Shown here piece after piece: positions 10,125 through 20,080 of a stretch of DNA of 64,000 bases (positions within the stretch are counted from its first letter, which is position 1; the number at the start of each line of letters is the position of its first letter). Source of the stretch: Nitrospirota bacterium (GTDB lineage: Bacteria; Nitrospirota; UBA9217); contig CAVVOB010000030.1 of the NCBI GenBank assembly GCA_963749655.1, positions 96,001 to 160,000 on the forward strand, in the 5' to 3' direction. Under the pieces are notes generated by a model. The model was not told the origin of the DNA. It saw only the letters and a list, made by a program, of their open reading frames with translations, and made no database searches. The position numbers were made by a program, and so were the translations under genes.

Positions 10125-11354
10125 TTAATCGGGGATGAACTTTTTTATGGCCAGCGAGGCATTGTTGCCGCCGAAGGCGTAGGAATTGTTGAGTGCGCAG
10201 TCGACCGTATGGCTTCGCGACGCGTTCGGCACGCAGTCGATATCGCATTCCGGGTCGGGCGTCTCGAAGTTCATGGTCGGCGGCACGACATCGTGCGTGA
10301 CCGCGAGGGCGCAGGCGATCGCTTCAAGCGCCGAAGCCGCTCCCATGGCATGGCCGAGCATGGACTTGATCGAACTGACGGGGATCGCGCGCAGCCGGTC
10401 GCCGAACACGATCCGCATGGCAGCGCACTCGGCGCGGTCGTTCGTTGCCGTACCCGTGCCGTGGGCGCTGATATAATCTACGTCGTCCCCGCTGATTCCC
10501 GATTCCTTCATCGCCTTTCGCATGCACCCGGCTATTCCCTCGACAGAGGCGTTCGTCATATGGTGGGCGTCGCAGCTCAGGCCGTAACCCGCTATTTCAG
10601 CGTAGATCGGAGCTCCCCGTTCGAGCGCGCTCCCGAGAGATTCCAGGACGAGGAAACCGGCCCCCTCGGCCACCATCATACCTTTTCTGTTCTTGTCAAA
10701 AGGCCGGCATTTTTCCGGCGCCACGGCGGAGAACTGGTTGAAACCCGTGAAGGAGATGCGGGAAAAGGCATCCGATGCGCCGGCCAGCACGATATCCGCC
10801 CTGCCGAGCCGGATAAGATCATAACCGTATCCGATGGCGTAGTTGCCTGCAGCGCAGGCCGTGGAAAACATGACGTTCGGGCCGGTGAGCCGCAGCTCCC
10901 GGGCGATGATTGCCGGCGTTGTGTGCGTAGGCAGCTGGCCGATCAGCTCACGAGCCACGCGGCCTTTGTTCAGAAGGATATCGTCGATCCTCTCTATTGA
11001 CTGGATCGAGCCGGTCGTGGTGCCGCAGCAGGTTCCCGCTGTTGCTCCGGCGAGCTCTTCCGGCGACAAGGAGGCATCCTTTACCGCAAGAACAGCCGCT
11101 GCAAGGGCCATCTGGGTCGCCCGGCTGAGCGAAGCCAGGCGGTCGCGGGCAATGAAGTCCTCGGGTCTGAAATCCTTCACTTCACCGCCGAAATGGGTGA
11201 AGTAGGCGGAGGTATCGAACGACGATACCTCGCTGATGCCGGATTTTCCCCGGAGGAGGCCGGTCCAGAATTCATCCTTGCCGATGCCGAGGGAGGAAAT
11301 GACCCCGAGGCCGGTAATGACCACGCGCTGGTTATGTGGCGCCGTCTCTTTCAT
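10125..11354 (-). CDS. Beta-ketoacyl-ACP synthase (FabF-like, catalytic residues intact)
   Basis: STACAAG, SAHGTGT, KSMLGH, NSYAFGGNNA. Confidence 0.92.
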   Translation of the reverse strand: MKETAPHNQRVVITGLGVISSLGIGKDEFWTGLLRGKSGISEVSSFDTSAYFTHFGGEVKDFRPEDFIARDRLASLSRATQMALAAAVLAVKDASLSPEELAGATAGTCCGTTTGSIQSIERIDDILLNKGRVARELIGQLPTHTTPAIIARELRLTGPNVMFSTACAAGNYAIGYGYDLIRLGRADIVLAGASDAFSRISFTGFNQFSAVAPEKCRPFDKNRKGMMVAEGAGFLVLESLGSALERGAPIYAEIAGYGLSCDAHHMTNASVEGIAGCMRKAMKESGISGDDVDYISAHGTGTATNDRAECAAMRIVFGDRLRAIPVSSIKSMLGHAMGAASALEAIACALAVTHDVVPPTMNFETPDPECDIDCVPNASRSHTVDCALNNSYAFGGNNASLAIKKFIPD

Positions 11355-11412
11355 CGTTCCTGTGCCGTGACCGTCCTGCGAGCGACGCCGTGACATGCCG
11401 GTTGAACCGTCG

Positions 11413-12270
11413 TCAGCGTTTTTTGCATAAAAACCGTGCGTACTTGAGAAAGTCGTAATGGGTTTCGATCATGACCCTGAAGTAGCGGAGCGATTTGCTG
11501 AAATACTCTTCAGGCGCCGCCTTCAGATAAACGCGGGACATCTGCAGTTCCCGCAGGCGGGCGCGGAGACCGCGGTCGACGATGTCGGTCGTATCTTCTG
11601 CGAGCAGGACGTCGAAACCCGCCTCTTCCAGGAGCGCCCGGGTCTCGGCAATCGTATTCTGGAACCAGACCCCGTCGGCATAGGTGCCGGGAAAGTCGCC
11701 TCCCGCCCTGGTGAGGTCGCCTTTATCGCCCCGCGTCCAGTCGTGGAAACCCATGATGCCGTTCTTTTTCAGCACCCTCCGGAGCCCTGCAAGCGCGGTC
11801 TTCTTGTCGCTCCAGTGGCAGATGGTTTCATTGTGAAATATCCGGTCGAACGATTCATCGGAAAAGTCGACGCCATGAACGTCCTTCACGAGCCGTTCCG
11901 TCAGGCCGTCCACCCCTTCGAGGCGGTCGCAGGCTTTCGCTTTTTCTATCTGCACAGGGTTGATGTCGAAACCGACGATCCTGCACCGGAACATTTTTGC
12001 GATCAACCGTGTGGGGGCGCCGTTGCCGCATCCCGCGTCCAGGACGACGTGCTGCGGCGATATCTCCATCATCCGGAGCAGCTTCTCCACCTCATGCTGC
12101 AAGTGGTGGGACATGCTTTCCGTGTCGAAGATCCTCCTGTCCAGACTTCCGGGGTCGACGCCGAAGGCCTGATACAGCCGGCGCAGTTCTTCCGCCGAAT
12201 ACACCGGGAACCCGATGTTATGGGAGTAGCTTCGGATGATGTTCCCTACTACCTTGTCTTCAATCCCCAT
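11413..12270 (-). CDS. Class I SAM-dependent methyltransferase
   Basis: VLDAGCGNG motif I; RRVLKKNG. Confidence 0.85.
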   Translation of the reverse strand: MGIEDKVVGNIIRSYSHNIGFPVYSAEELRRLYQAFGVDPGSLDRRIFDTESMSHHLQHEVEKLLRMMEISPQHVVLDAGCGNGAPTRLIAKMFRCRIVGFDINPVQIEKAKACDRLEGVDGLTERLVKDVHGVDFSDESFDRIFHNETICHWSDKKTALAGLRRVLKKNGIMGFHDWTRGDKGDLTRAGGDFPGTYADGVWFQNTIAETRALLEEAGFDVLLAEDTTDIVDRGLRARLRELQMSRVYLKAAPEEYFSKSLRYFRVMIETHYDFLKYARFLCKKR

Positions 12271-12721
12271 CAGCGCGCTCCGGCCCCTCGTGTTCCTTGA
12301 CGCTGAACACCAGCTCCGCCTCCGCAATTTTTTCCCCGTCGACGAAAGCCTCGCCCGAGACAAAGGCGCCCGTCGGAAGGGTCTTTACGTTTTCGATCCG
12401 GATCCTCAGCTGATCTCCCGGCACTGCCGGTTGGAGAAACCGCGCCTTGACCGAGCCGAAGTAATAGAGCGGTTTGGGTCCGCTGCGCGTCTGGGCCACG
12501 GCAAAAAGGACGATCGCCGTCTGCGCCATGGCCTCCAGAATGAGCGCCCCCGGCAGGATGGCCTTCCCGGGAAAGTGTCCCTGGAAGACCATGTCGTTGC
12601 CCGAAACGTTCTTTATTGCCACCGCGAACTTTCCCGGCTCGACCTCGAGCACCCGGTCGATCATGATAAAGGGAAAGCGCTGCGGTATGAGTTTCTGGAT
12701 CTCTTCGAAATCAAGCTGCAT
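12260..12721 (-). CDS. fabZ: 3-hydroxyacyl-ACP dehydratase
   Basis: LIPQRFPFIMIDRV, FQGHFPG..ILPG.LILEAMAQ. Confidence 0.9.
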   Translation of the reverse strand: MQLDFEEIQKLIPQRFPFIMIDRVLEVEPGKFAVAIKNVSGNDMVFQGHFPGKAILPGALILEAMAQTAIVLFAVAQTRSGPKPLYYFGSVKARFLQPAVPGDQLRIRIENVKTLPTGAFVSGEAFVDGEKIAEAELVFSVKEHEGPERADGD

Positions 12722-12732
12722 CGCCACCCGTC

Positions 12733-13959
12733 CTATCGGCCCACGATCACGGCCGAATTCTGGCCGTAGGGATCCGCAGAGGTCACCAGCACGTTTCTGA
12801 TTTTTTTCTCCCGTGCAGGGCCGGACACGACGTCGAGGTCGCACAGGGAGTCTTGTTCACGATAGTTCGCAACCGGCGGGACCACTCCCTCGTGGACCAT
12901 ACCCGCAGCCGCAGCCAGCGCGAGGGCGCCCGAAGCGGAGAAGGATTCTCCGATCATGGACTTGATCGCCGTTGCAGGTATCCCGGAAGCGCGGTCGCCG
13001 AAGAGGTCCCTGAGAACGGCCGCTTCCATGCGGTCGAGCCCGGGCGTCGAATTGGCAGAGCAGCAAAGGCAGTCGATGTCCGCGGGGCCGAGCGCGGCTT
13101 CACGGAGCGCCTGGGAGACGGCCCGGTGCAGGCCCTCCCCCTTGTGGCTGAAGTCGGCCTCTGCGGAAGGGTCGAAGGAATTGCCGCAGCCCAGGACGCG
13201 GGCGAGAATGTCGGCTCCCCTGCGGAGGGCGTACGCTTCTCTTTCGAGCACCAGGACGGCGGCGCCCTCGGACAGGACCATCCCGTTCCTCCTCGCGTCG
13301 AAGGGGCAGCAGAGCGGCGCGGTCCCGTCCAGGCCCGACAGCCACCGGAGCTCGTGAAAAAGCCGGAAGGTGTCCTCGCAGAGCTCTTCGACTCCTCCAG
13401 CGAGCACCACGTCGGCCCTGCCGAGGTTTATGAAATCCGACGCATACGCCACCGCGTCCAGGCCGGCGCAGAAACCCGTGGAGACGGTGCTGCTGAAGCC
13501 CCTGATCTTGAACCGGATCGATACCTGGCTGGCCGGTGAGTTGATGACCGTATTGGGAAAGTGCGAGGGATTGACGAATCGCGGCCCGTCCACGAGGCTG
13601 GAGCGGTCGAACCGGGCGATGCTGTCGAGGCTTCCGAAGGTTGTCCCGATGGAGACCCCTATTGAGCCGGTGTTGTCTTCCGTGATTGCGACCCGGCTGT
13701 CGTCCACAGCGAGCCGGGCGGCCGAGCAGAGCAGCCGGGTGCTCCGGTCGAGGTCGCGGAGCCCCTTTTTCCCCAGAAGCGGCAGCGGATCAAAATCCGT
13801 GATCTCGCCGGCCGTGCTCACGCGAAAGGCCCCGGTGTCGAACAGGGTAATGGGCCGGAACCCTGTTTTCCCCCGGAACAGGCCGTCCCAGTAGGCTGTT
13901 CTGCCTGCTGCAATGGGGGAGAGGACCCCGACGCCGGTTATGGCAATCCCCGTTCTCAT
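12733..13959 (-). CDS. Ketosynthase-like protein lacking catalytic residues (chain-length-factor-like)
   Basis: KS fold; STGFCA for STACA, CSANST for AHGTGT, KSMIGE for KSMLGH. Confidence 0.8.
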   Translation of the reverse strand: MRTGIAITGVGVLSPIAAGRTAYWDGLFRGKTGFRPITLFDTGAFRVSTAGEITDFDPLPLLGKKGLRDLDRSTRLLCSAARLAVDDSRVAITEDNTGSIGVSIGTTFGSLDSIARFDRSSLVDGPRFVNPSHFPNTVINSPASQVSIRFKIRGFSSTVSTGFCAGLDAVAYASDFINLGRADVVLAGGVEELCEDTFRLFHELRWLSGLDGTAPLCCPFDARRNGMVLSEGAAVLVLEREAYALRRGADILARVLGCGNSFDPSAEADFSHKGEGLHRAVSQALREAALGPADIDCLCCSANSTPGLDRMEAAVLRDLFGDRASGIPATAIKSMIGESFSASGALALAAAAGMVHEGVVPPVANYREQDSLCDLDVVSGPAREKKIRNVLVTSADPYGQNSAVIVGR

Positions 13960-13966
13960 GGCCGAA

Positions 13967-14719
13967 TTATATTCCCATTCCCCCGTCGAGCTGCACGGTC
14001 TGGCCGGTTATATACCCTGCGTCGTCGCTCAGCAGAAAAAGCACTGCCTGCGCCACTTCTTCGGCAGTGCCGAACCTTCGGAGCGGGATCATGTCCAGGA
14101 ACTTTTCCCTGCTCTTCCCGCCGAGCTCGTGCGTCATCTCGGTCTCGACAAAACCGGGCGCGACCGCGTTTACCCGGACATTATAAGGGGCCGCTTCGCG
14201 CGCCAGCGCTTTGGTGAAGCCGATCACGCCGGCCTTGGCCGCGGCGTAATTGACCTGCCCGGGCAGGGGGTGAATGCCGCTTACCGAGGCGATGTTCACG
14301 ATGCTTCCGCTCTTTTGCTTGAGCAGGGTAATGATGCACGCCCGCGTGGTGTTGAAGACCCCCGTGAGGTTCGTATCGATCACGTCGGACCATTCTTCCG
14401 CAGTCATCATCATGAGCGACCGGTCGCGCGTGATCCCGGCATTGTTGACCAGGGCGTCGAGTCTGCCGAACCTGCTTTTCACGTCTTCGACAAGGGCCTT
14501 TGCGCCCTCGAGGTCCCGCACATCAAGCTGAAAAGGGAGCGCTTGTCTGCCGGTCCCGGCGATCTCCTGTGACAACGCAGCCGCCGAGGCGCTGTCCCGG
14601 ACATAGGTGAAGGCGCAGTCGGCGCCGGCACCGCAGATCGCGCGCACAACGGCGCGCCCGATGCCCCGCGTCCCGCCGGTCACGAGCGCAACCTTGTTGG
14701 AAAGTGTCTTGTGCTCCAG
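13967..14719 (-). CDS. fabG: 3-oxoacyl-ACP reductase (probable CTG start)
   Basis: TGGTRGIG, NNAGITRD, YAAAK; frame extends to a CTG 5 nt after GAGGAGG. Confidence 0.88.
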   Translation of the reverse strand: MEHKTLSNKVALVTGGTRGIGRAVVRAICGAGADCAFTYVRDSASAAALSQEIAGTGRQALPFQLDVRDLEGAKALVEDVKSRFGRLDALVNNAGITRDRSLMMMTAEEWSDVIDTNLTGVFNTTRACIITLLKQKSGSIVNIASVSGIHPLPGQVNYAAAKAGVIGFTKALAREAAPYNVRVNAVAPGFVETEMTHELGGKSREKFLDMIPLRRFGTAEEVAQAVLFLLSDDAGYITGQTVQLDGGMGI

Positions 14720-14825
14720 GATCGCCTCCTCGCCCTCGGCGGGCTCCCCGCTCTATGAAGCAGCGAATCTCACTATATCATTATCCGCTTTCCGTTACAA
14801 GACGAAGGATGAGCGTCGCCGCGCT

Positions 14826-15878
14826 TCACTTCTTCGTCGCGGTGTAGAAGACGATCGAGCCGGAATCGACGCGGCTCATGGACAGCGCAGAGTCCGGAAT
14901 GCCCGCCTGGCGAAGCAGCCTGACGAAATCCTTTTCCTTGCGCTGAAGGAAGCCGTCCCAGTCCACGAGCCAGTGGAATATCTCGGCGCGGTAACGGTCC
15001 GCATCCTTGAACGCGGCGATGAGCTTGCCGCCGTCGTTCAGCATCCCGTAGAGCGAGGACAGCAGTTTTACGAGAAAATCGTCGGGCAGATAGTCGAAAA
15101 AGCCGATGCTGTATATGACGTCCTGTTTGCCGAATTCCGCCTGCGCCGTCTCGTGGTCGAACATCCGGAGCGCGTTGTACTGCCGCACATCAGCCTGGTC
15201 CGCGGTGAGTCCGGCGTAGGTCAGCCGGTCGAGGGAAAAATCGAGGGCCTCGGGGTCCAGGTCCACGCAGGTGAACTTTGCGCCCGAGGTTTTGATGTCC
15301 TGGGCCAGCTCGAAGACTTCCCTGCACGAGCCGCAGGCGATGTCGAGCACCTTCAGATCGCGGCGCCCGAGCAGCTCGTTTTTCAGGAGGTCGCGCAGTG
15401 TGGCGACGCGTTCCCGCACACCCACGCCCAGGGCCGTGGTGAGCAGATACTTATCGAGATAGTAGCCGATGCCGCTGGACATCGGCATGTTCTTGTACGC
15501 CAACTCCAGGGTCATGAAGTCCCCCTGCTGTCCGTTGGGCCAGGTCCTGGTCCGGTTGATGCAGTAGCTTTTGGAAAGCATCGGGTGCGTTCTGTCGCGA
15601 AAGGAGACCTGGGCGTTCTTCACGCTCAGCGGGTCGTCCATTTCCCGTTCTACCTGCGCGCACGCTTCAAGCATGGAATCGGTGAGGACCGTCACTTCGT
15701 CGAGGATTGCCTCGCGGTCGGTTCCGGGCCGCAAACACCGTGATTCGCAGTCCTTCAGTTGTTCCAGATACTGATCGATCTTCTCGTTAAACCGCTCCAC
15801 ATACGTCGCCGGCCTGTCCTGAACCAGGCCGGAATGCTCCAGAACTGCCTCTCTGTGATAGGTTAATACGTTCTGCAT
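14826..15878 (-). CDS. SAM-dependent methyltransferase, PhcB-like (fatty-acid methyl ester signal synthase family)
   Basis: VLDIACGSCRE, YSIGFFDYL and the 'RTWPNGQQGDF..LE..Y' segment, which resembles the KPxGYxGDY motif I recall for PhcB-like proteins. Confidence 0.65.
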   Translation of the reverse strand: MQNVLTYHREAVLEHSGLVQDRPATYVERFNEKIDQYLEQLKDCESRCLRPGTDREAILDEVTVLTDSMLEACAQVEREMDDPLSVKNAQVSFRDRTHPMLSKSYCINRTRTWPNGQQGDFMTLELAYKNMPMSSGIGYYLDKYLLTTALGVGVRERVATLRDLLKNELLGRRDLKVLDIACGSCREVFELAQDIKTSGAKFTCVDLDPEALDFSLDRLTYAGLTADQADVRQYNALRMFDHETAQAEFGKQDVIYSIGFFDYLPDDFLVKLLSSLYGMLNDGGKLIAAFKDADRYRAEIFHWLVDWDGFLQRKEKDFVRLLRQAGIPDSALSMSRVDSGSIVFYTATKK

Positions 15879-16507
15879 TGTGTTGCCTCCTCGTTATGGG
15901 TTGTTTTTAATTGCACGGTTGTTTGGGTATAAGATGAAAGTAGCGGGCGCGATGAGTTGAAAGGGGGATGACGCAGAAATTCGGCAAGGATTGTCCGGCC
16001 ATGAGGCGCGTGAGAAAGGACGCGTGACACTACACTGTGCAAGCGGCCGCCTGCTCCGCTTACGTTCGCATAAATCACCATGCATGAAAGTTCCCCCCCG
16101 GGAAAAAACCAGAACTGATCCTGGAGCCCGACAGCGGGGAGCCCTGAAAGGATTCGCAAGGATCGAACCCCGGGTTTCCGCAGATAAAGGCCGCCAGGAA
16201 AACAAAAATATTTTGCGTGCATATTATACATAAGTACTGTTTGTTGTAAAGAACGTATTGAATGATACTGCGGATTTTTATTCAGGGAGGTGATTTGGAT
16301 TGCAAAACTAAAACTTTATGATTATTGCTAATTGTGCCTTTTTGTTCACTAATAAGCGACTCGCGGTGCCAAAATTCTTGGTCAGCATCGTCGGCAGGGC
16401 AACGAGGGGTCCTTTGGGGGGGGGGGCGAAATCAGGACAGATCGGGTTCGCGGGACCGGGGAGGGTTCCCGGGGTTTGCGCATCAAAGGCATATGCTGAT
16501 CCGGAGT

Positions 16508-17038
16508 CTATTTTCTTTTGTAGAGGCCCATCAGCTCTGCCTGCGCCAGGATGTGGCCCTTCATCGCCTTTTCGAGGGCCGCCTTCGAAGCTCCCTGATC
16601 GAGCGACGGCGCAGCATCGAGTGCGTAGAGCTTGAAGAAGTACCGGTGCGTGCCCGACGGAGGGCAGGGGCCGCCATAGGCTTTTCTCCTGAAGTCGGTC
16701 ATGCCCTGCAATGCGCCTGCCGGGGCCGAGTTCTCCCCGATCTCCTTCGTGGCGGGGCTGATGTTCCAGACCACCCAGTGCACCCACGTCCCTGCAGGAG
16801 CGTCGGGATCGTCGACGATCAGGGCGAGGGATTTTGTTCCAGCCGGTACGTCTCCGATCGTGAGCGGCGGATTTATATCCGAACCGTCGCAGGTATATTT
16901 TGCAGGGATGCTGCCGCCGGGAGTAAATGCCGGGCTTGATAACGTCAGCGTGCTCATAGGACCAGCCTCCATGTTCGCGAAGGAAAGAGCAATGGCTGCA
17001 ACAATGAACAGGACCGAGTCTTTTTGTCCGCTACCCAT
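16508..17038 (-). CDS. YbhB/YbcL Raf kinase inhibitor-like (PEBP) protein
   Basis: DDPDAP, WVHWVVWNI, YGGPCPPSGTHRYFF. Confidence 0.92.
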   Translation of the reverse strand: MGSGQKDSVLFIVAAIALSFANMEAGPMSTLTLSSPAFTPGGSIPAKYTCDGSDINPPLTIGDVPAGTKSLALIVDDPDAPAGTWVHWVVWNISPATKEIGENSAPAGALQGMTDFRRKAYGGPCPPSGTHRYFFKLYALDAAPSLDQGASKAALEKAMKGHILAQAELMGLYKRK

Positions 17039-17119
17039 GCTGTCATCCTTCCGTATTCACATTCGCAGAGAACACCATTATTCCTAAAGGATAGCACAAC
17101 GGGCATGAGGAAAAAATAG

Positions 17120-17149
17120 AGGGCAGGCCTGGTCTTCAGACCTGCCCTG
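17120..17149 (-). terminator. Intrinsic terminator after cold-shock gene
   Basis: AGGGCAGG/CCTGCCCT stem followed by a U-tract on the minus strand. Confidence 0.65.
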
Positions 17150-17166
17150 CAGCGGAAGGACGGTCC

Positions 17167-17373
17167 TTACGCCGCTTTGGTGACATGTGTTGCCTTGAGC
17201 CCTTTCGGGCTTTCTACAACCTCGAAAGAAACCTCCTCGCCTTCCGCGAGGGTCTTGTACCCGTCGATCTCGATTTCGCTGTAATGCACAAAGACGTCGC
17301 CGCCGCCGTCTTTTTCTATGAATCCAAAGCCCTTGGACTCATTGAACCATTTTACTTTGCCATGTGTTGCCAT
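17167..17373 (-). CDS. csp: Cold-shock protein (68 aa)
   Basis: [22 protein letters not shown]; AAGGAGG RBS. Confidence 0.95.
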   Translation of the reverse strand: MATHGKVKWFNESKGFGFIEKDGGGDVFVHYSEIEIDGYKTLAEGEEVSFEVVESPKGLKATHVTKAA

Positions 17374-17683
17374 ATACCGCGCCTCCTTACTGTCGTGAAG
17401 TCCGGATTGCGAAAACACAAAAGCCGCGAAGCTAAAAGTCTTCGCGGCCTTTCGTACTGCAAAAAACTTCCGAACCTCTGTATATATGTTGACTCTCAGG
17501 AGGAGAGATGTCAAGAGAGAAGAGAATATTTGCCACAGAGTGCAGAGAGGGCACAGAGAAAACGACCATGGACACGATCTTCCCCAGGAGGTCCGGCGTG
17601 GTCGATTTGAACTAAAAACTAAGAACTCAAAACTAAGAACTGCCTTAAGGTCTATCCGCAGATGACGAAGAAAATATGATCTC

Positions 17684-17713
17684 TTGACAAGTGAACATGT
17701 GTTCACCTATAAT
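17684..17713 (+). promoter_or_regulatory. Sigma70 promoter with LexA-type SOS box (GAAC-N4-GTTC) in the spacer
   Basis: TTGACA-18nt-TATAAT; spacer holds GTGAACATGTGTTCAC; directly upstream of umuD. Confidence 0.8.
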
Positions 17714-17762
17714 AGGGCCATCGGATGGATGCTTGTGTTCGTCCGGCAGGAAAGAAGGTCTT

Positions 17763-18311
17763 ATGCATACTAGTACGCCCACCGCCTTGAAGGTATTCCA
17801 TCGCCTTGAAGATCTCGCCAATAAATCCCGCAACGAAGAAAAGAGAAGATTGGACCCCGTTGCCGTGCCGCACGAATACCGGGTCCTGGGCCTCGTGGAA
17901 GCGGGGTGGCCGAGCCCGGCAGAGGAGGAGCTCCGGGACACGCTCTCGCTCGACGAATTCCTGGTCCAGAACCCCGACGCCTCGTTCCTGCTCAAGGTCT
18001 CCGGAGATTCCATGACCGGCGCAGGGATCATGCCCGGCGACCTGGTGATCGTGGACCGCGGCCAGACCGCGAAGAGCGGCGACATCGTGATCGCCGAGGT
18101 GGACGGCGAGTGGACCATGAAGTTCCTGAAAAAGAGCGGCGACGCGGTGTACCTGGTGCCCGCGAACCCCAAGTATAAACCCATCAAACCGCAGCGCGAA
18201 CTCAAGATCACCGGCGTGGTCACGGCGGTGGTGCGGAAGTACCAGCGGGGTTCGAGCGACAGGGGCAGGGGAGGCGGGACAAAGGTTTCGGGACAGACGG
18301 ACGGAGAATAG
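17763..18311 (+). CDS. umuD: UmuD/LexA-like S24 peptidase without HTH domain
   Basis: VEAGWPSPAE cleavage site, VSGDSM serine, WTMK lysine. Confidence 0.85.
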   Translation: MHTSTPTALKVFHRLEDLANKSRNEEKRRLDPVAVPHEYRVLGLVEAGWPSPAEEELRDTLSLDEFLVQNPDASFLLKVSGDSMTGAGIMPGDLVIVDRGQTAKSGDIVIAEVDGEWTMKFLKKSGDAVYLVPANPKYKPIKPQRELKITGVVTAVVRKYQRGSSDRGRGGGTKVSGQTDGE

Positions 18312-18738
18312 CGGCGGGGACTGATGTCACATCAAGGCGGTCCGGAAAAACACATTTCTGTTTGCCTTCGTCCGGAATTCGTGATTTAATGGGGTGCGCG
18401 GTGAAGACGCGGCTGATCATCAAAGCGGGAAAACCGGGGACCAAACGGCTCGTAGAAAAATATGGCGACGCTCTGCTGTGCGTCCGCTTCAGGTATGATT
18501 CGTCGTCGCATCAGCGGTTGAAGACAGTCGAGCTGGTCGTGGAAAAGACCGAATGGACCCCTGCTCCGCAGCGCTATGCAGGAGACACTCTGGTTCCTCT
18601 GCGCATCGGGGTCGCCGACATGTCCGCACGGTCACAGGCCAAGGCAGCGGGAGGTCGATGGGACCCGGAGAAGAGGCTGTGGTTCGTAAGATACGATAAG
18701 GTCGCGGGAAGCACGCTGGAAAATTATATATATGTGAT

Positions 18739-20074
18739 CAGTACTGTCCGGTTGTTACGTAAATAGATTCAATTGGTTATCGTCATGCTGCTCCATTTCA
18801 CGATCTATGGTTTCCTGAACCACTTGAGAAATAGACTTTTTCTCAAACAGGTTCACCTCCAAAATCTGTAGAATTGTGTGGAGACTTCCAGGAAGGTTCA
18901 AACGCTTCTTGACAATCGCCACGAGAAGATAAACGCTGACGGCTGTCCAGATTCTGAATTTTGACCGCGTTGGGCGATGTGCCAAAGAACGATTTGATCC
19001 TCAGGTGTTGCTTGATCCACTTGAAGAATAGCTCCACTTGCCATCGCGACCGATAGATGTCCGCTACAGTCTTCGCTGGCAGAAGGAAGTTGTTTGTAAG
19101 AAACACGAGGCGCTTGTCCCGTTCGATATCGTAATAGCGAACCCGGCGCATGGGATCGGGATAGGCCAATCGAGAATTGAACCCGACGAGCACAACGGTT
19201 TGATCGGCTTGGACTCCGATGGTTTTGTCGACCGGTGCAGAATATATACGACGAAGCCTTTGATTGTGCTTCGTCCGGATCACGAAGTAGGCCGAGAGCT
19301 GATTGATACGATAAAGCCGTTCGAAATCGAGATAGGCGCGGTCCATGGTATAGACCGAATCGGCTTTTATAGGAACGGCATCCATCATATTGACGTCGTG
19401 AACGCTTGCGGGAGTGACGAAAATAAAGGTCGGAATCGACCCCTGGACATTGAGCAGCGTATGGATCTTGACAGCTGCCTTCTTCTTGCGAAACGTGGCC
19501 CATGGGAATGTCGAGAGACACAGATCGATAACCGTTGAGTCCAGGGCATAGATCGCGAGTTTTAGGTCCAGGCCAAGTTCCTCGTTTCGGTAGAGGGAGC
19601 TGGCCTCGTTGATGAGCATGTACCCGAAGTCTTGATAGATTCGAAAGTCGCGAAGCTCGTTGGCATCCGCCAAGGTAGATTTGGCAATCTTGCCTCGGAA
19701 TGCCCATGTGATAGAGCTTCTGGCGATGTGAGTTCAGACACGTTACGATATCGCGCAGGCTTTCTCGATAGGTCAATTGCGCGAATGCCATGCAGAGCAA
19801 CTGATCGAGACATGAAAAGCTCCTGACCTTGTGAGTTGCCCTGATAGCGATTCACGCATTGATTGAACTCGTACCGTCGGCAGATGTTGAATCAGTTGAG
19901 CAAAGACCGTTTTCCCGGAATTCATCCCTGTCCCTCCTCAGGCAGTGTTGAGGGTGGATTATAAGATGAATTCAGAGAAACGAAGTTCAAATCGAAAAGT
20001 TGCATTTTGGCCATTATCTTTTTGTATTACTGTAGGTTATCGCGTTTCAGAAAAACGATAACCGGACACTACTG
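18739..20074 (-). mobile_element. IS4-family insertion sequence, transposase frameshifted
   Basis: TIRs CAGTACTGTCCGGTT / AACCGGACACTACTG; 9-bp TSD ATATGTGAT at 18730-18738 and 20075-20083; YRSRWQVELFFKWIKQHL. Confidence 0.92.
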
Positions 20075-20080
20075 ATATGT

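Noticed and set aside
16060-16200. Riboswitch upstream of the PhcB-like gene
   Set aside because: GC-rich stems are present but no c-di-GMP, c-di-AMP or SAM consensus could be matched
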